This document shows positions 1 through 12,264 of a DNA stretch of 64,000 nucleotides, piece by piece. The notes beneath the pieces were generated by a model. It was given only the letters and a program-made list of their open reading frames with translations. It searched no databases and was not told the DNA's origin. Location: contig CAVYBH010000015.1 in the NCBI GenBank assembly GCA_963766715.1, positions 364,756 through 428,755 of the forward strand. Reading direction: 5' to 3'. The translations under genes and the position numbers were made by a program. The stretch is from an uncultured delta proteobacterium (GTDB lineage: Bacteria > Myxococcota > Myxococcia > Myxococcales > Anaeromyxobacteraceae). Position 1 is the stretch's first letter, and every line of letters starts with the position of its first letter.

Positions 1-325
1 GGAGTCGGTCTTCCTCGCGCACATCACGGCCGAGGAGGAGGTGCTCGCCCCTCACCTCTCGCCGGAGGACCAGGGCAGGCTCCGGGAGGAGCACCGCCAG
101 CTCCAATCGCTCCTCCAGGACGCGCGGGTCGCGAGCCGGGACGGGCGGCGCGCGCCGCTCCTCGCCTTCGCGGACCTCCTGGAGCGGCACGTCCGCTGGG
201 AGGAGCGGGAGCTCTTCGAGCGTTGCGAGGCGAGCATCGGGCCGGAGCAGCTGGCCGTGCTGGGGCACGAGATCGAGGTGCGGCTGGCGGTGTCCGGAAG
301 GGGAGCGAAGCGTCCCTCGTCGTAG
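1..325 (+). CDS. Hemerythrin/HHE cation-binding domain protein (5' truncated by window edge)
   Basis: Motifs H-ITAEEE, EEH, and ERHVRWEERELF match the hemerythrin HxxxE pattern; frame is open from the window start to TAG at 323-325. Confidence 0.75.
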   Translation, partial: ESVFLAHITAEEEVLAPHLSPEDQGRLREEHRQLQSLLQDARVASRDGRRAPLLAFADLLERHVRWEERELFERCEASIGPEQLAVLGHEIEVRLAVSGRGAKRPSS

Positions 326-404
326 CGCTCACGCCGCCTCACGACTCTGCTTGGAGTTGGTTCCGGCCATGGTAGTTTCCGGGAATCTCCGATCCGGGGG
401 CACC

Positions 405-1627
405 ATGCGTTCCAGCGCCATCTTCTTCCTCTCCGTGTTCCTCCTCCTGGGCCTCGACGCCTGCGACGCGCGGCCGGCCGCGCCCGGCGGCGACCCCAAC
501 CCGGAGACCGGCGCCCACACCATCCACCTCACCGGGACCTTCGCCAAGCCCGTGACCTGCAACGAGTGCCACAACGCGCAGTTCCAGGTGACGCTCGCCG
601 GGCCCCTCGCGGCGGCCAACGGCGCCCAGGGCACGTTCAACGTGACGACCAAGACCTGCTCCAACGTCTATTGCCACGACGGCGGGCCGCAGCTCGAGCT
701 CGGCGGAGGAACGGTCCCCGCTCCGGTCTGGAATCCCCCGTCGACCATCGTCTGCGGCGGCTGTCACGCCCTGCCGGGCGGCGCCATCGACACGAGCGAG
801 TGGCACCCTGCGGTGGCGGACGAACGTCGAGTGCGGCCTCTGCCACACGGGCTACACCCGGACCTCCGTGGTCGTCGAGACCCACGTGAACGGCGTCGTG
901 AACGTCAAGTTCGACATCGACACCGACTACTGCGCTGCCTGTCACGGCGACGCGACCCGCACCCTGCCGCCCGGAACGCCCAGCGTGGTGAAGGCGGCTC
1001 CTCCCGTCGACCGCACCGGCTCCTCCGACACGACCCGGATCGGCGTGGGCGCCCACCAGGCGCACCTGCTGCCCGGCGCGGGCGCCATCTCCAGGCCCAT
1101 CGCCTGCCAGGAGTGCCACGTCGTCCCCGCCGACGTCGCGCACGTCGGGCCCACCTCGATCGACGCCGGCGTCTCTCGCCTGGGGTCCGCTGGCCTCTTC
1201 CGGATCGGCCACGCCCGGCTACGATCAGGTCTCGGCCACCTGCACCAATTACTGCCACGGGCAGACGCTCAACGGCGGAGGCGCCCTCACCCAGCCCGTG
1301 TGGACGAAGGTGGATGGCACCCAGGCGGCCTGCGGGACGTGCCACGCGTCCCCGCCCTCGGACACGTCGCACTACCTCCATGCGTCGGGGAAGGTCCTCC
1401 TCATCGCCTGCGCCTTCTGCCACCCGCCGGGCTACACCGCCGACGGGGTCAACCGCGAGGCCGCGCCGCTCCACGTGAACGGCGTGAAGAACATGAATCC
1501 CGGAAACTTCGGCAACTGGAATCCGGCGGCCACGAACCCGAACGGATGGACGGGAACGGCGACGGGCTGCCACGGTGGGACCCGGTACTGGACGGAGAGC
1601 ATCCCCAGCGCGGGTGGCTGCTACTAG
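405..1627 (+). CDS. Multiheme c-type cytochrome lipoprotein, CxxxxCH/CxxCH-repeat type (frameshifted near ~820 and ~1200)
   Basis: Lipoprotein signal MRSSAIFFLSVFLLLGLDAC; across three frames: CNECH, CSNVYCH, CGGCH, CGLCH, CAACH, CQECH, CTNYCH, CGTCH, CAFCH, plus repeated HVNGV motifs. Confidence 0.85.
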
Positions 1628-1652
1628 CCGCCGCTCCCCGCCGGCGGCTGCG

Positions 1653-2624
1653 CTAGTCGGAGTCGGCGGCCCCGCCGCTGCGGGCGACGTCCTCGCCCTT
1701 GATCCGGGCGGGGTCGAGCCCGGCGGCCCGCTTCGTCATCTGGGCGAAGAGCTCGTCGAAGCCGGGGAGGTCGCCCTTCACGAAGCGGAGCGGGTTCACC
1801 CGGCCCACCACGAAGTTGCGCAGGTAGGGGGAGTCGAAGCCGCGCTCCTTGAGCCGGGCCACGGCGCCGGTGACCGCGTCGTCGAAGGCGAGGAGCACGT
1901 CGGCGCGCCGCTCCCGCTCCTCGGCCGTGGCGGAGAGCTTGCCGGGGACGAAGGCGTCCACCTTGCGGAGGATGGGGTGGTAGGCGCCGCCGGAGAGGCG
2001 CGGCCGCTTCTCGTAGGCGAAGCCCAGCGTGGCGAGCGCCGGCTCCTCGAACTCGAGCGCCATGTCGGTCTCGCGCGCGTCGCCGCCGGCCGCCAGGTCG
2101 CGGTACATCCGCACCACCTCGAGGGCCCGCTCTCGCAGGTTGTGGGCCTTCTCGATGTTGAGGGCGAGGATCTGGTAGGCCACCGCCTTCTCCGGCACGA
2201 CGAGCGCCAGCACCGCCTTCGCTCCGAGCTCCTGGAGCGCGGTGAGCCGGTGGCCGCCGTTCGGGGTGAGGTACCGGCCGCCGTCGCGCACCGCGATGAT
2301 GGGGTCGAGGTACCGGCGGGTCTTGTCCATGGCCACGGTGAGCTTGCGCACGTGGCCGTCGGACACGTCCCGCTGGAAGGAGGTCCGCTCGACCTTGTCG
2401 AGCGGGAGCGCGGCGAAGAGCAGCGCGTGCCCGCCCAGCGGCTCCCGGTAGGCCGCCAGCACCGCGCCCCCGTCGGCCTCGATGGCGCGCGACAGCTCGG
2501 CGACCTCGGGCGGGAGCTCGACGAGACGCAGGTCGGTCGCCCCGAGCGAGGTCGGCTGCAGCTTCACGCCGCGGCGCTTTCGCGGGCGGCCGGACTTGGT
2601 GGCGGGTCGCTTCTTCGCGGCCAT
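1653..2624 (-). CDS. ParB/Srx N-terminal domain protein (orphan)
   Basis: FQRD, LDPIIAVR, and PNGGHRL (GxxR ParB box) motifs; no parA adjacent. Confidence 0.75.
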   Translation of the reverse strand: MAAKKRPATKSGRPRKRRGVKLQPTSLGATDLRLVELPPEVAELSRAIEADGGAVLAAYREPLGGHALLFAALPLDKVERTSFQRDVSDGHVRKLTVAMDKTRRYLDPIIAVRDGGRYLTPNGGHRLTALQELGAKAVLALVVPEKAVAYQILALNIEKAHNLRERALEVVRMYRDLAAGGDARETDMALEFEEPALATLGFAYEKRPRLSGGAYHPILRKVDAFVPGKLSATAEERERRADVLLAFDDAVTGAVARLKERGFDSPYLRNFVVGRVNPLRFVKGDLPGFDELFAQMTKRAAGLDPARIKGEDVARSGGAADSD

Positions 2625-2633
2625 CGGGTCTCC

Positions 2634-3149
2634 TCAGGTCGCCTGCGGGGTCTTCAGCAGGAGCGACAGGTCGTATCCCTGGGCGCGCAGCCGCTCGAGG
2701 ATGCCGTCGTAGGTCGCCGCGTCCATCTGGGGCGTGCGGGAGAGGATCCAGAGGTACTCGCGGCTGGGGTGCCCCACCACCGCCCACCGGTACTCGGGGT
2801 CGAGGTCGATGATCCAGTAGGACCCGTGGAACGGCCAGAAGAACCGGACCTCGAGCCTGGCGCCGGAGGGATCCACCGACCAGGCCTTCCCCTTGGCCGT
2901 GCGGGCCGGGGCGTCGAGCCGCTCCGGGTGGCAGGTGTTGACCACGTCGACGTCGCCGTCCGGGCGCAGCGTGTAGTCTGCGCTGACGCCGACGCATCCC
3001 TTCTGGAACGACATGGGGATGGTGGCGATCTCGTACCACTTGCCCATGTAGCGCTGGAGGTCGACGTGCTCGACCGTGCGGAGCGGGGGACCGGCCGGGG
3101 CGTGGGCGCACCCGGCGAGGAGGAGGGCGAGGACGGCCAGGGATCTCAT
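2634..3149 (-). CDS. blc: Outer-membrane lipocalin lipoprotein
   Basis: Lipobox LAGC; VDLQRYMGKWYEIA, YWIIDLD and YLWILSRTP lipocalin motifs. Confidence 0.92.
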   Translation of the reverse strand: MRSLAVLALLLAGCAHAPAGPPLRTVEHVDLQRYMGKWYEIATIPMSFQKGCVGVSADYTLRPDGDVDVVNTCHPERLDAPARTAKGKAWSVDPSGARLEVRFFWPFHGSYWIIDLDPEYRWAVVGHPSREYLWILSRTPQMDAATYDGILERLRAQGYDLSLLLKTPQAT

Positions 3150-3202
3150 CCGGATCCCCTAACCGTTGCCGCCCATGCCGCACGGCCTTATCGTGGCCTG
3201 CC

Positions 3203-4186
3203 GTGATCGACGTCCGCGACCTGCGCAAGGAGTACCGCGTCCACCGGCGCGAGGCCGGCCTCGGCGCGTCGGTCCGATCGCTCTTCCGGCGCCGCTACGA
3301 GCCGGTGAAGGCGGTCGACGGCATCTCCTTCTCGGTCGGCGCGGGCGAGCGCGTCGGGTTCCTCGGCCCGAACGGGGCGGGCAAGACCACCACGCTCAAG
3401 GTGCTCTCGGGGCTGCTCCACCCCAGCGGCGGCGAGGTGCGGGTGGCCGGCTTCGTGCCGGCGCGCCGCGAGCGGCCGTTCCTCCAGTCGATCACCCTCG
3501 TGATGGGGCAGAAGCAGCAGCTCCTCTGGGACCTGCCCCCGTCGGAGACCTTCGCGCTCAACCGGGCCATCTACGAGATCCCCCGGCCCGAGTTCGAGTC
3601 GCGGGTGCGCGAGCTCACCGAGCTGCTCGACCTCGGCGGCGTGGTCGACAAGCCCACGCGCCAGCTCTCGCTCGGGGAGCGGATGAAGTGCGAGCTGGCC
3701 GCCTCGCTCCTCCACCGGCCGCGGGTCCTCTTCCTCGACGAGCCGACCATCGGGCTCGACGTGACCATGCAGGCCACGGTGCGCGAGTTCGTCCGGGCCT
3801 ACAACGAGCGGACGGGCGCCACGGTGGTCCTCACCAGCCACTACATGGACGACGTGCTCGCGCTCTGCCCCCGGGTGGTCGTCATCGATCGGGGCCGGCT
3901 CATCTACGACGGCGACCTGAAGCAGCTGGCCCGCGAGGTCCGGCCCGACAAGCGCGTGGTGGTGCGGCTCGGCCAGCCCGTGCCGGAGCTGGAGCTCGCC
4001 CGCTTCGGGCAGGTCGTCTCGCACGCCGACGCCCAGGCGGTCCTCCGCGTCCCGGGCGACCAGGTCGCGAGCGTCGTCGGGCGGCTCCTGTCGTCCCTGC
4101 CGGTGACCGACCTGACCGTGGAGGAGCCGCCGCTGGAGGAGGTCATGAGCGAGCTCTTCCAGGGCCGGCGGGCCACCGCAACGTAG
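3203..4186 (+). CDS. ABC-2 type transporter ATP-binding protein
   Basis: Walker A GPNGAGKTT, signature LSLGERMK, Walker B FLDEPT, H-loop TSHYM. Confidence 0.93.
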   Translation: MIDVRDLRKEYRVHRREAGLGASVRSLFRRRYEPVKAVDGISFSVGAGERVGFLGPNGAGKTTTLKVLSGLLHPSGGEVRVAGFVPARRERPFLQSITLVMGQKQQLLWDLPPSETFALNRAIYEIPRPEFESRVRELTELLDLGGVVDKPTRQLSLGERMKCELAASLLHRPRVLFLDEPTIGLDVTMQATVREFVRAYNERTGATVVLTSHYMDDVLALCPRVVVIDRGRLIYDGDLKQLAREVRPDKRVVVRLGQPVPELELARFGQVVSHADAQAVLRVPGDQVASVVGRLLSSLPVTDLTVEEPPLEEVMSELFQGRRATAT

Positions 4187-4443
4187 TCCGGTCGATGGAT
4201 CAGGCCGTCCGCGCCGCGCAGCCGCGCTGCGCCCTCTCGTCGGCGGAGCTGGCAGAAGGCGCGGGTGGGCGAGGCTGGATGCCGCCGGCGACGGGCGCGT
4301 CCGGGGAAGGAGGGCTACGGCGGCCTACTGATGCTCCGCCTCCGGCGAGGGCGGCGCGGGCGCGGCGAGGAGGGGCCGATCGCGGGGCGGAGCCTGGTGC
4401 GGTGGGGCGCCGTCGCTGGACTCGGGTTGGGTCGGCGGGGGTC

Positions 4444-5614
4444 TCAGGGAACGGGCCGGCCGGCCGCGGCGACCATCCGCACGTCCGACTCCGCCGACAG
4501 CCGCAGCCCGTCGCCGCGCGGCTCCACCCCGGTGATCTCCACCACGTCCCCGCGGAGCAGCTTCTCGAAGGCGCGGTTCCGCGGGGTCACGTCCTTCTCC
4601 TGCAGCGCGAGCCCCATGCGCCCCTCGGGGCCGCAACCCATGTAGCGGAGCCGTCCCTTCGACGGCAGCGGCTCGGAGACGATGCGGAAGACGCGCCCGG
4701 CGGGCGGCTCGCGCCAGGTCTCGCCCTTCGGCGCGAGCACGAGGTAGCTCATCTTCACCGACTCCTTGCGCAGGCCGGCGCGCCGCCCGATCTCCTCCAC
4801 CAGCGGGGGAAGGTCGACGGGGCGCTCCGCGTGGCACCAGTCGGTGGGGCGGACGAGCGCCGGGCAGGCGCCGCGGAAGAGGCAGGGCGCCCGCACCGCC
4901 ACGCCGCGCGCGACGAGCAGGTCGCGGACCTCGAGCAGCGCCCGCGAGGTGTCGCGCAGCGCCGGCTCGACGATGACGAGCGAGCCCCCGGGCGCGACCA
5001 GCCCGAGCGCCTCCACCACGAGCGCGGTCCGCCGGGTCGCGGCCTGCTCCCCCTGGAAGAGCTCGTTCAGCACGTGACCCATGGTCACGAGGTCGAAGGA
5101 GCGACCGCGCGAGAGGTCGGAGAGCTCGCCGCGCCGATCCGGGTCCCACTCGCGGGTGGCGATGGGCTCGCCGGCCACGGCCGCCAGCTTCCCGGCCACG
5201 GCCAGGGCCCGCTTGGAGCGATCGGCGGCCAGGACCTCGGCGGCGCCGGCGTCGAGGGCCGCGAAGGCCACCGGAGCCGGGCCGCTCCCCAGGTCGAGGA
5301 CGGAGCGGGAACGGCGCGGGAGCTCGGAGAGCACCCCGCGGGCCTGGAGGTAGGAGACCGGCCAGTAGAAGAGCAGGTAGGCGCCCAGCAGGCGGTCGTC
5401 GTCGAGGTAGGGCGCGCCCGCCAGCTTGCGGTCGCGGGTGAGCCCCTGGGAGAGCCGCTGCACCGCCGCCGGCCACCTCCCGCAGCTCCTCGGGGAGGAG
5501 CCGGTCGGGGGGCGGGCGCGGGCCCCGCTGCGCGTCGCGCCGCAGCCCGCGCCAGGCGGCCAGCAGCCTCGGGATCCAGCGCTCCAGGTCGGACTCGGCG
5601 GTGCCCACGTTCAC
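4444..5614 (-). CDS. Rsm22/METTL17-family SAM-dependent methyltransferase (frameshift ~5470)
   Basis: GTG overlaps the rnz stop (GTGA); LGAYLLFY, VLDLGSGP, HVLNEL, IVEP, APCLFRGACP...DWCH and YMGC motifs. Confidence 0.8.
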
Positions 5615-6528
5615 TCCGGGAAGGGAAGCTCGAGGACGAGCCCGTCCCGGGCCACCTCGATGGCGCCGTGGAACTCCTCGGCGGCCTGGGAGAGCAACGG
5701 CGACGGGTCGGCGTCGTAGCGGGTGGAGAGGTGCGTGAGGACGAGCCGCTCCACGCCGGCGTCGCGGGCCACCCGGGCCGCCTCGCGTGCGGTGGAGTGG
5801 GTGGTCTCCACGGCGCGGGCCGCCTCGCCGTCGCCGAACGTGCACTCGTGCACGAGGAGATCGGCGCCCCGGGCCGCCTCCACGGTGGCCGCGCAGGGAC
5901 GGGTGTCCCCGGTCACGGCCACGCGCCGGCCCCGCCGGCGGGCCTCGACGATGCCCTCGGCCGAGACCACGCGGCCGCCGGGGAGCGTCACCGGGCGCCC
6001 GCGCTGGAGCTCTCCCCACAGCTCGCCCTCCGGCACCCCCGCCTCGCGGGCCCGCTCCGGGTGGAAGCGGCCGGGGCGTGCGTCCTCCTCGAGGAGCCAG
6101 CCGACCGAGGCGATGCGGTGCTCGGTGGCCCAGGGCACGAGCGTGGAGCCGTCCCGCTGGATTCGCTGGCCCGGAGCGACCTCGTGGATGCGGACCTCGA
6201 AGGCCAGCGGGTCGGTGGCCCCGATGAGGAGATCGCGCATCAGCCGCTGCGCCGGAGGCGGGCCGTAGACGTCGAGCGCCCGGCCCCGCCCGAGCATGGA
6301 GAGGGTCCGGACGAAGCCGATGGCCCCGACGTAGTGGTCGGCGTGGAAGTGGGTGAAGCAGATGGCCGTGACGTCGAACCCGGTCCCGTAGCGGATCATC
6401 TGCCGCTGCGTCCCCTCCCCGCAGTCGACGAGGTAGTGCTCCCGGCCGTGGCGCACCGACAGCCCCGACAGGTTGCGGGCGGCGGTGGGCATGGCACCCG
6501 AGGTGCCGAGGAAGGTGAGCCGGAGCAT
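5611..6528 (-). CDS. rnz: Ribonuclease Z
   Basis: LTFLGTSGAMPT, DCGEGTQRQ, THFHADH, TGDTRPC, HECTF, THST and LTHLSTRY motifs. Confidence 0.95.
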   Translation of the reverse strand: MLRLTFLGTSGAMPTAARNLSGLSVRHGREHYLVDCGEGTQRQMIRYGTGFDVTAICFTHFHADHYVGAIGFVRTLSMLGRGRALDVYGPPPAQRLMRDLLIGATDPLAFEVRIHEVAPGQRIQRDGSTLVPWATEHRIASVGWLLEEDARPGRFHPERAREAGVPEGELWGELQRGRPVTLPGGRVVSAEGIVEARRRGRRVAVTGDTRPCAATVEAARGADLLVHECTFGDGEAARAVETTHSTAREAARVARDAGVERLVLTHLSTRYDADPSPLLSQAAEEFHGAIEVARDGLVLELPFPE

Positions 6529-6536
6529 GGCAGGGC

Positions 6537-7322
6537 CTAGGACGAGGCCGAGGTATACCGCGCGATCGCCCTCAGCCAAACCACCCGGGCGGAGGCGACG
6601 AAGGCGAGCGACCCCGCCAGGGCCACCAGGACGGCGACGGGGCGGATCCGGCCGAGCATCGCCTCGGCGGGCAAGGTCGTCATGAGCGCCAGCGGGATCA
6701 CCACCGTGAAGACGAAGCGCCAGAAGCCGGTGAAGACCGAGACCGGCCAGCGGGCGGCGTCGAAGATGGAGAGGAAGAGGAACGAGAGGTTGTCCACCTT
6801 CACCACGAAGAAGGCGGCCGACACGACCAGGATCCACAGCGAGTAGAGGACGGCGATGGCCGAGAAGGTGAGCAGCGCCGCCGCCCCGACCGCCGCCGCC
6901 GACGGCCAGCGCCCCATCCGGTGGAAGGCCCAGGCCACCACGCCGATCCCGGCGGCGACGTCGACCACGTGCCAGGGAGCGAACTTGGCGGTGGAGAGGA
7001 GGAACTGCGCGTCGGCGGGCTTGAGCAGCACGAGGTCGAGCGTCCCCTTGCGGATGTGCTCGACGACGCTGGCGAGCGACGGGTTCACCGCGCCCTCCAG
7101 CACCCCCTTCATGGCCAGGAACCAGCCCATCACCACGAGGGCCTGGTCGAAGTCCCAGCCCGCCACCGAGTCGCGCTTCCCGTAGACCACCAGCAGGGGC
7201 ACGACCGCCCAGCCCATCCAGAAGAAGGCCATGGCCCCCTGCACCAGGAAGTCCACGCGGTACTGCATGGAGGTCTGCAGCGAGGCGCGGAACTGGACCG
7301 CGAGGAGGCGGAGGTAGCGCAC
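6537..7322 (-). CDS. ABC-2 family transporter permease (DUF990-like)
   Basis: QYRVDF, IRKGTLDLVLLKP, RWPVSVF; multiple TM segments. Confidence 0.88.
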   Translation of the reverse strand: MRYLRLLAVQFRASLQTSMQYRVDFLVQGAMAFFWMGWAVVPLLVVYGKRDSVAGWDFDQALVVMGWFLAMKGVLEGAVNPSLASVVEHIRKGTLDLVLLKPADAQFLLSTAKFAPWHVVDVAAGIGVVAWAFHRMGRWPSAAAVGAAALLTFSAIAVLYSLWILVVSAAFFVVKVDNLSFLFLSIFDAARWPVSVFTGFWRFVFTVVIPLALMTTLPAEAMLGRIRPVAVLVALAGSLAFVASARVVWLRAIARYTSASS

Positions 7323-8120
7323 CTATCCTCCGAAGGCGGCGAACCGCCGCGTGCCCAGGCGCCACATCCCGCCGGCCACCGCGAGCAGCACCAGCACGAA
7401 GGCCGACTGGGCGCCGAGCTGGGCCAGCGCCTGCGACCGGGAGAGCCCCCCGGTCACCAGCTCGACCGGGAAGGCCAGCATGTAGCGGAAGGGCAGGTAC
7501 CAGGAGACGTCGTTCACCCATCGTGGATAGAGCTCGAGGGGGACCAGGTACCCGGAGAAGATCCCGAAGAGCCCGAGCCAGACGTCGAAGAGGGAGGTGG
7601 CCGACTCGAACCAGAAGGCCAGGCACCCCACCGCCGCCATGGCCAGGTAGGTGATGAGCCACGCCGAGAAGACCGTGACCGGGAAGAGGGCGAGCAGGAG
7701 CGGGTCGTGGGTCACGTGCCGGCCGCCCAGGATCCAGAGGGCGACGAGGGCCACCGGCAGGGAGATGGCCAGCCGCACCGGCATGGCCGCCACGTTCTCG
7801 GCGGCGTAGGCCACGAGCGGGTGCACCGGGCGCAGCATCCGGAAGGCCAGCGTCCCCTGGCGGATCTCGAAGTTGAGCTCCCAGACCACCCAGGCGCCGG
7901 TCATCAGGCGCACCACCAGCGCGGCCAGGTAGTAGGCGGTGAAGTCGGCCTGGGTGAAGCGCCCCACCGGCCCGTCGCGCGCCACCGCCGTCCACAGGGC
8001 GAGCATGACGAGCGGCATGTTGGTGGAGAGCAGCCAGACCAGGAACTCGGCCCGGTAGGCCACCGCCTCGGAGAACCCCACGCGCAGCATCGTGGGGATG
8101 GCACGCAGGGTCCGGCGCAT
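7323..8120 (-). CDS. ABC-2 family transporter permease (DUF990-like)
   Basis: AYRAEF, EIRQGTLAFRMLRP, SGYLVPLELYP, LPFRY motifs; hydrophobic. Confidence 0.88.
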   Translation of the reverse strand: MRRTLRAIPTMLRVGFSEAVAYRAEFLVWLLSTNMPLVMLALWTAVARDGPVGRFTQADFTAYYLAALVVRLMTGAWVVWELNFEIRQGTLAFRMLRPVHPLVAYAAENVAAMPVRLAISLPVALVALWILGGRHVTHDPLLLALFPVTVFSAWLITYLAMAAVGCLAFWFESATSLFDVWLGLFGIFSGYLVPLELYPRWVNDVSWYLPFRYMLAFPVELVTGGLSRSQALAQLGAQSAFVLVLLAVAGGMWRLGTRRFAAFGG

Positions 8121-8123
8121 GCC

Positions 8124-10028
<1,905 letters not shown>

Positions 10029-10029
<1 letters not shown>

Positions 10030-11027
10030 TAGTTCTCCGCCTTGGTCTCCCGGGTCATGAGGTCCACGACGGCCTGCTTGGGGGACAGGTCCTGGTGGAG
10101 CACCCGGTAGATGACCTCGGTGATGGGCATCTCGACGTGGAGGCGATGGGAGAGCTCGCGCACGGTGCGCGCGGCGGGCACGCCCTCGGCCACCTGGCCC
10201 AGCTCGGCCTGGACCTCGGCGAGCGATCGTCCCTTGCCCAGGCCGAAGCCGACGCGCCGGTTGCGCGACAGGTCGGACGAGCAGGTGAGGACGAGGTCTC
10301 CCACGCCGGACAGTCCGGCCAGCGTCAGGGGGTTGGCGCCCTTGCGAACGGCCAGCCGGGTCACCTCGGCGAGGCCGCGGGTGATGAGGGCGGCCCGGGC
10401 GTTGGCCCCGTAGCCGAGGCCGTCGGACATCCCGGCGGCGATGGCGATGACGTTCTTCACCACGCCGCCGAGCTCGTTCCCGGGGACGTCGTTCGAGGTG
10501 TACGGGCGGAACCACCGGGTGTGGAAGGCGTCCTGGACCGACTTGGTGACCCGGTCCCAGCGCCCCGCGACGGTGATCGCGGTGGGCATCTGCTGCACCA
10601 CCTCGCGGGCGAAGGACGGCCCGCCGATGTAGGTCAGGTACGGGTGCATGGCGACCGGCAGCACGTCCTCCAGGACCTCGGCCATCGACATCAGGCTGCC
10701 TTCCTCGATGCCCTTCGCCGCCGAGACGACCGCCGTCCCGGCGTGGAGGTGCCGCTTCGCCTCGATGGCGACCAGGCGCATCACGGCGCTGGGCACGGCG
10801 AAGACCACCAGCTCGGCCCCCTCGAGGGCGCGCGCCAGGCTGGCGCTCGCGCCGAGCGAGGGCGGCAGCTTCATGCCCGGCAGGTAGTGCGGGTTCTCGT
10901 GGTTCTTGGCCACGGCGTCGAGAACCGCCGCGTCCCGTCCCCAGAGGGTGACCGGGTAGCCTTTGCTGGCCAGGACCGACGCCAGGGCCGTTCCCCAGGA
11001 TCCGGCTCCGAGCACCGTCGAGCGCAT
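10029..11027 (-). CDS. gpsA: NAD(P)H-dependent glycerol-3-phosphate dehydrogenase
   Basis: [44 protein letters not shown] motifs. Confidence 0.97.
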
Positions 11028-11112
11028 GTGTTCCTCCGATCGGGTTGGAGGGGCAGTTAACCACGGACCGGGCGCCGCGCGCGCGATTCTCCGGGGGTCT
11101 GCGTCACGCGTG

Positions 11113-12198
11113 CTAGCCGACGGCGCGCGCCACCAGCGCGTCGAACAGGCGGGGAGCCCGTCCCAGCCAGTCCACCGCGGTGCGCCGGAGCCGCGGGCGG
11201 CGGGCCATGGAGAGCACCAGCCGGGTCACGGCGGCGTGGCGCCGGAGGCGGGCCCGGAGCGCCCGCTCCCACGGCAACAGCGATTCCCGCGTCGCGCCCC
11301 GGAGCAAGGCGTCCGGCAGGAGCGCGCCGAGGCCCATCGCCTCCTCGAAGGCCAGCGAGACCCCTTCGCCGGTGATGGCGTCGACGTAGCCGCCCGCGTC
11401 GCCGGCCAGGAGGAGCCGGTCGACCACCCGGGTCCGGGCATCCCGCCCGAAGGGGCCGGCGCCTGCCAGCGCGGAATCGGGGGGGGCTCCCGCGAGCCGG
11501 CCGGCCAGCCGCGGGAAGCGGGCGAGCAGCCCGTCGAAATCGGGCGTCATCCCCTCCTCGAAGAGGAAGGCGAGACCGACCCGGGCCGGTCCGGCCGGGG
11601 TCAGGTAGGCCTCGACGCCTCGCGTGAAGTGGACCTCGACGGCGTCGGTCCAGGGGGCGATGGAGAAGTGACGCCGCAGCCCGAAGCGGCGCGGCCCCCG
11701 CACCGGCCGCCCCAGCTCCTCCCGCTCCCGGATGGCCGACGCGAGCCCGTCGGCGGCGACGAGGAGCCGGCCGCGGATCTCGTCCCCCGCGGCGAGCTGG
11801 ACCGTCACGCCGTCCGCGTCTCGCCGGTGGGAGGCCACCGCGACGCCGTCCAGCACCTCGGCCCCGGCCTCCCGGGCCCGCGCGAGCAGGGCGGCGGAGA
11901 GCGCCAGGCGGCGAACGCCCATTCCACCGGGCGCCGGCAGGGCCGCCTCCGCGGACGATCCGTCCTCCTGCACCCAGCGGATGGCCCGGACCGGGGACCA
12001 CCCGGCCGGATCGAGGTGGGGGAGCACGCCCATCGCGGCGAGGGCGCGGACGCCGCCCGGCAGGATCCCCTCCCCGCAGGCCTTGTCGGCGGGCAGCGCG
12101 CGGCGCTCCAGCACCAGCGCGTCGAGGCCGCGGCGTGCCGCCTCGATCCCCACGGCCAGCCCGGCCGGCCCTCCGCCGACGACGATCACGTCGCGCAC
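11113..12198 (-). CDS. FAD-dependent oxidoreductase/monooxygenase of the type III PKS cluster
   Basis: [18 protein letters not shown] and [14 protein letters not shown] motifs. Confidence 0.85.
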   Translation of the reverse strand: MRDVIVVGGGPAGLAVGIEAARRGLDALVLERRALPADKACGEGILPGGVRALAAMGVLPHLDPAGWSPVRAIRWVQEDGSSAEAALPAPGGMGVRRLALSAALLARAREAGAEVLDGVAVASHRRDADGVTVQLAAGDEIRGRLLVAADGLASAIREREELGRPVRGPRRFGLRRHFSIAPWTDAVEVHFTRGVEAYLTPAGPARVGLAFLFEEGMTPDFDGLLARFPRLAGRLAGAPPDSALAGAGPFGRDARTRVVDRLLLAGDAGGYVDAITGEGVSLAFEEAMGLGALLPDALLRGATRESLLPWERALRARLRRHAAVTRLVLSMARRPRLRRTAVDWLGRAPRLFDALVARAVG

Positions 12199-12264
12199 GT
12201 CACCTCCGGGGTCGCGCGGAGGCGATCCCGCTGCGGACCACCTCCCACGCCAGCGAGAGGGCAT

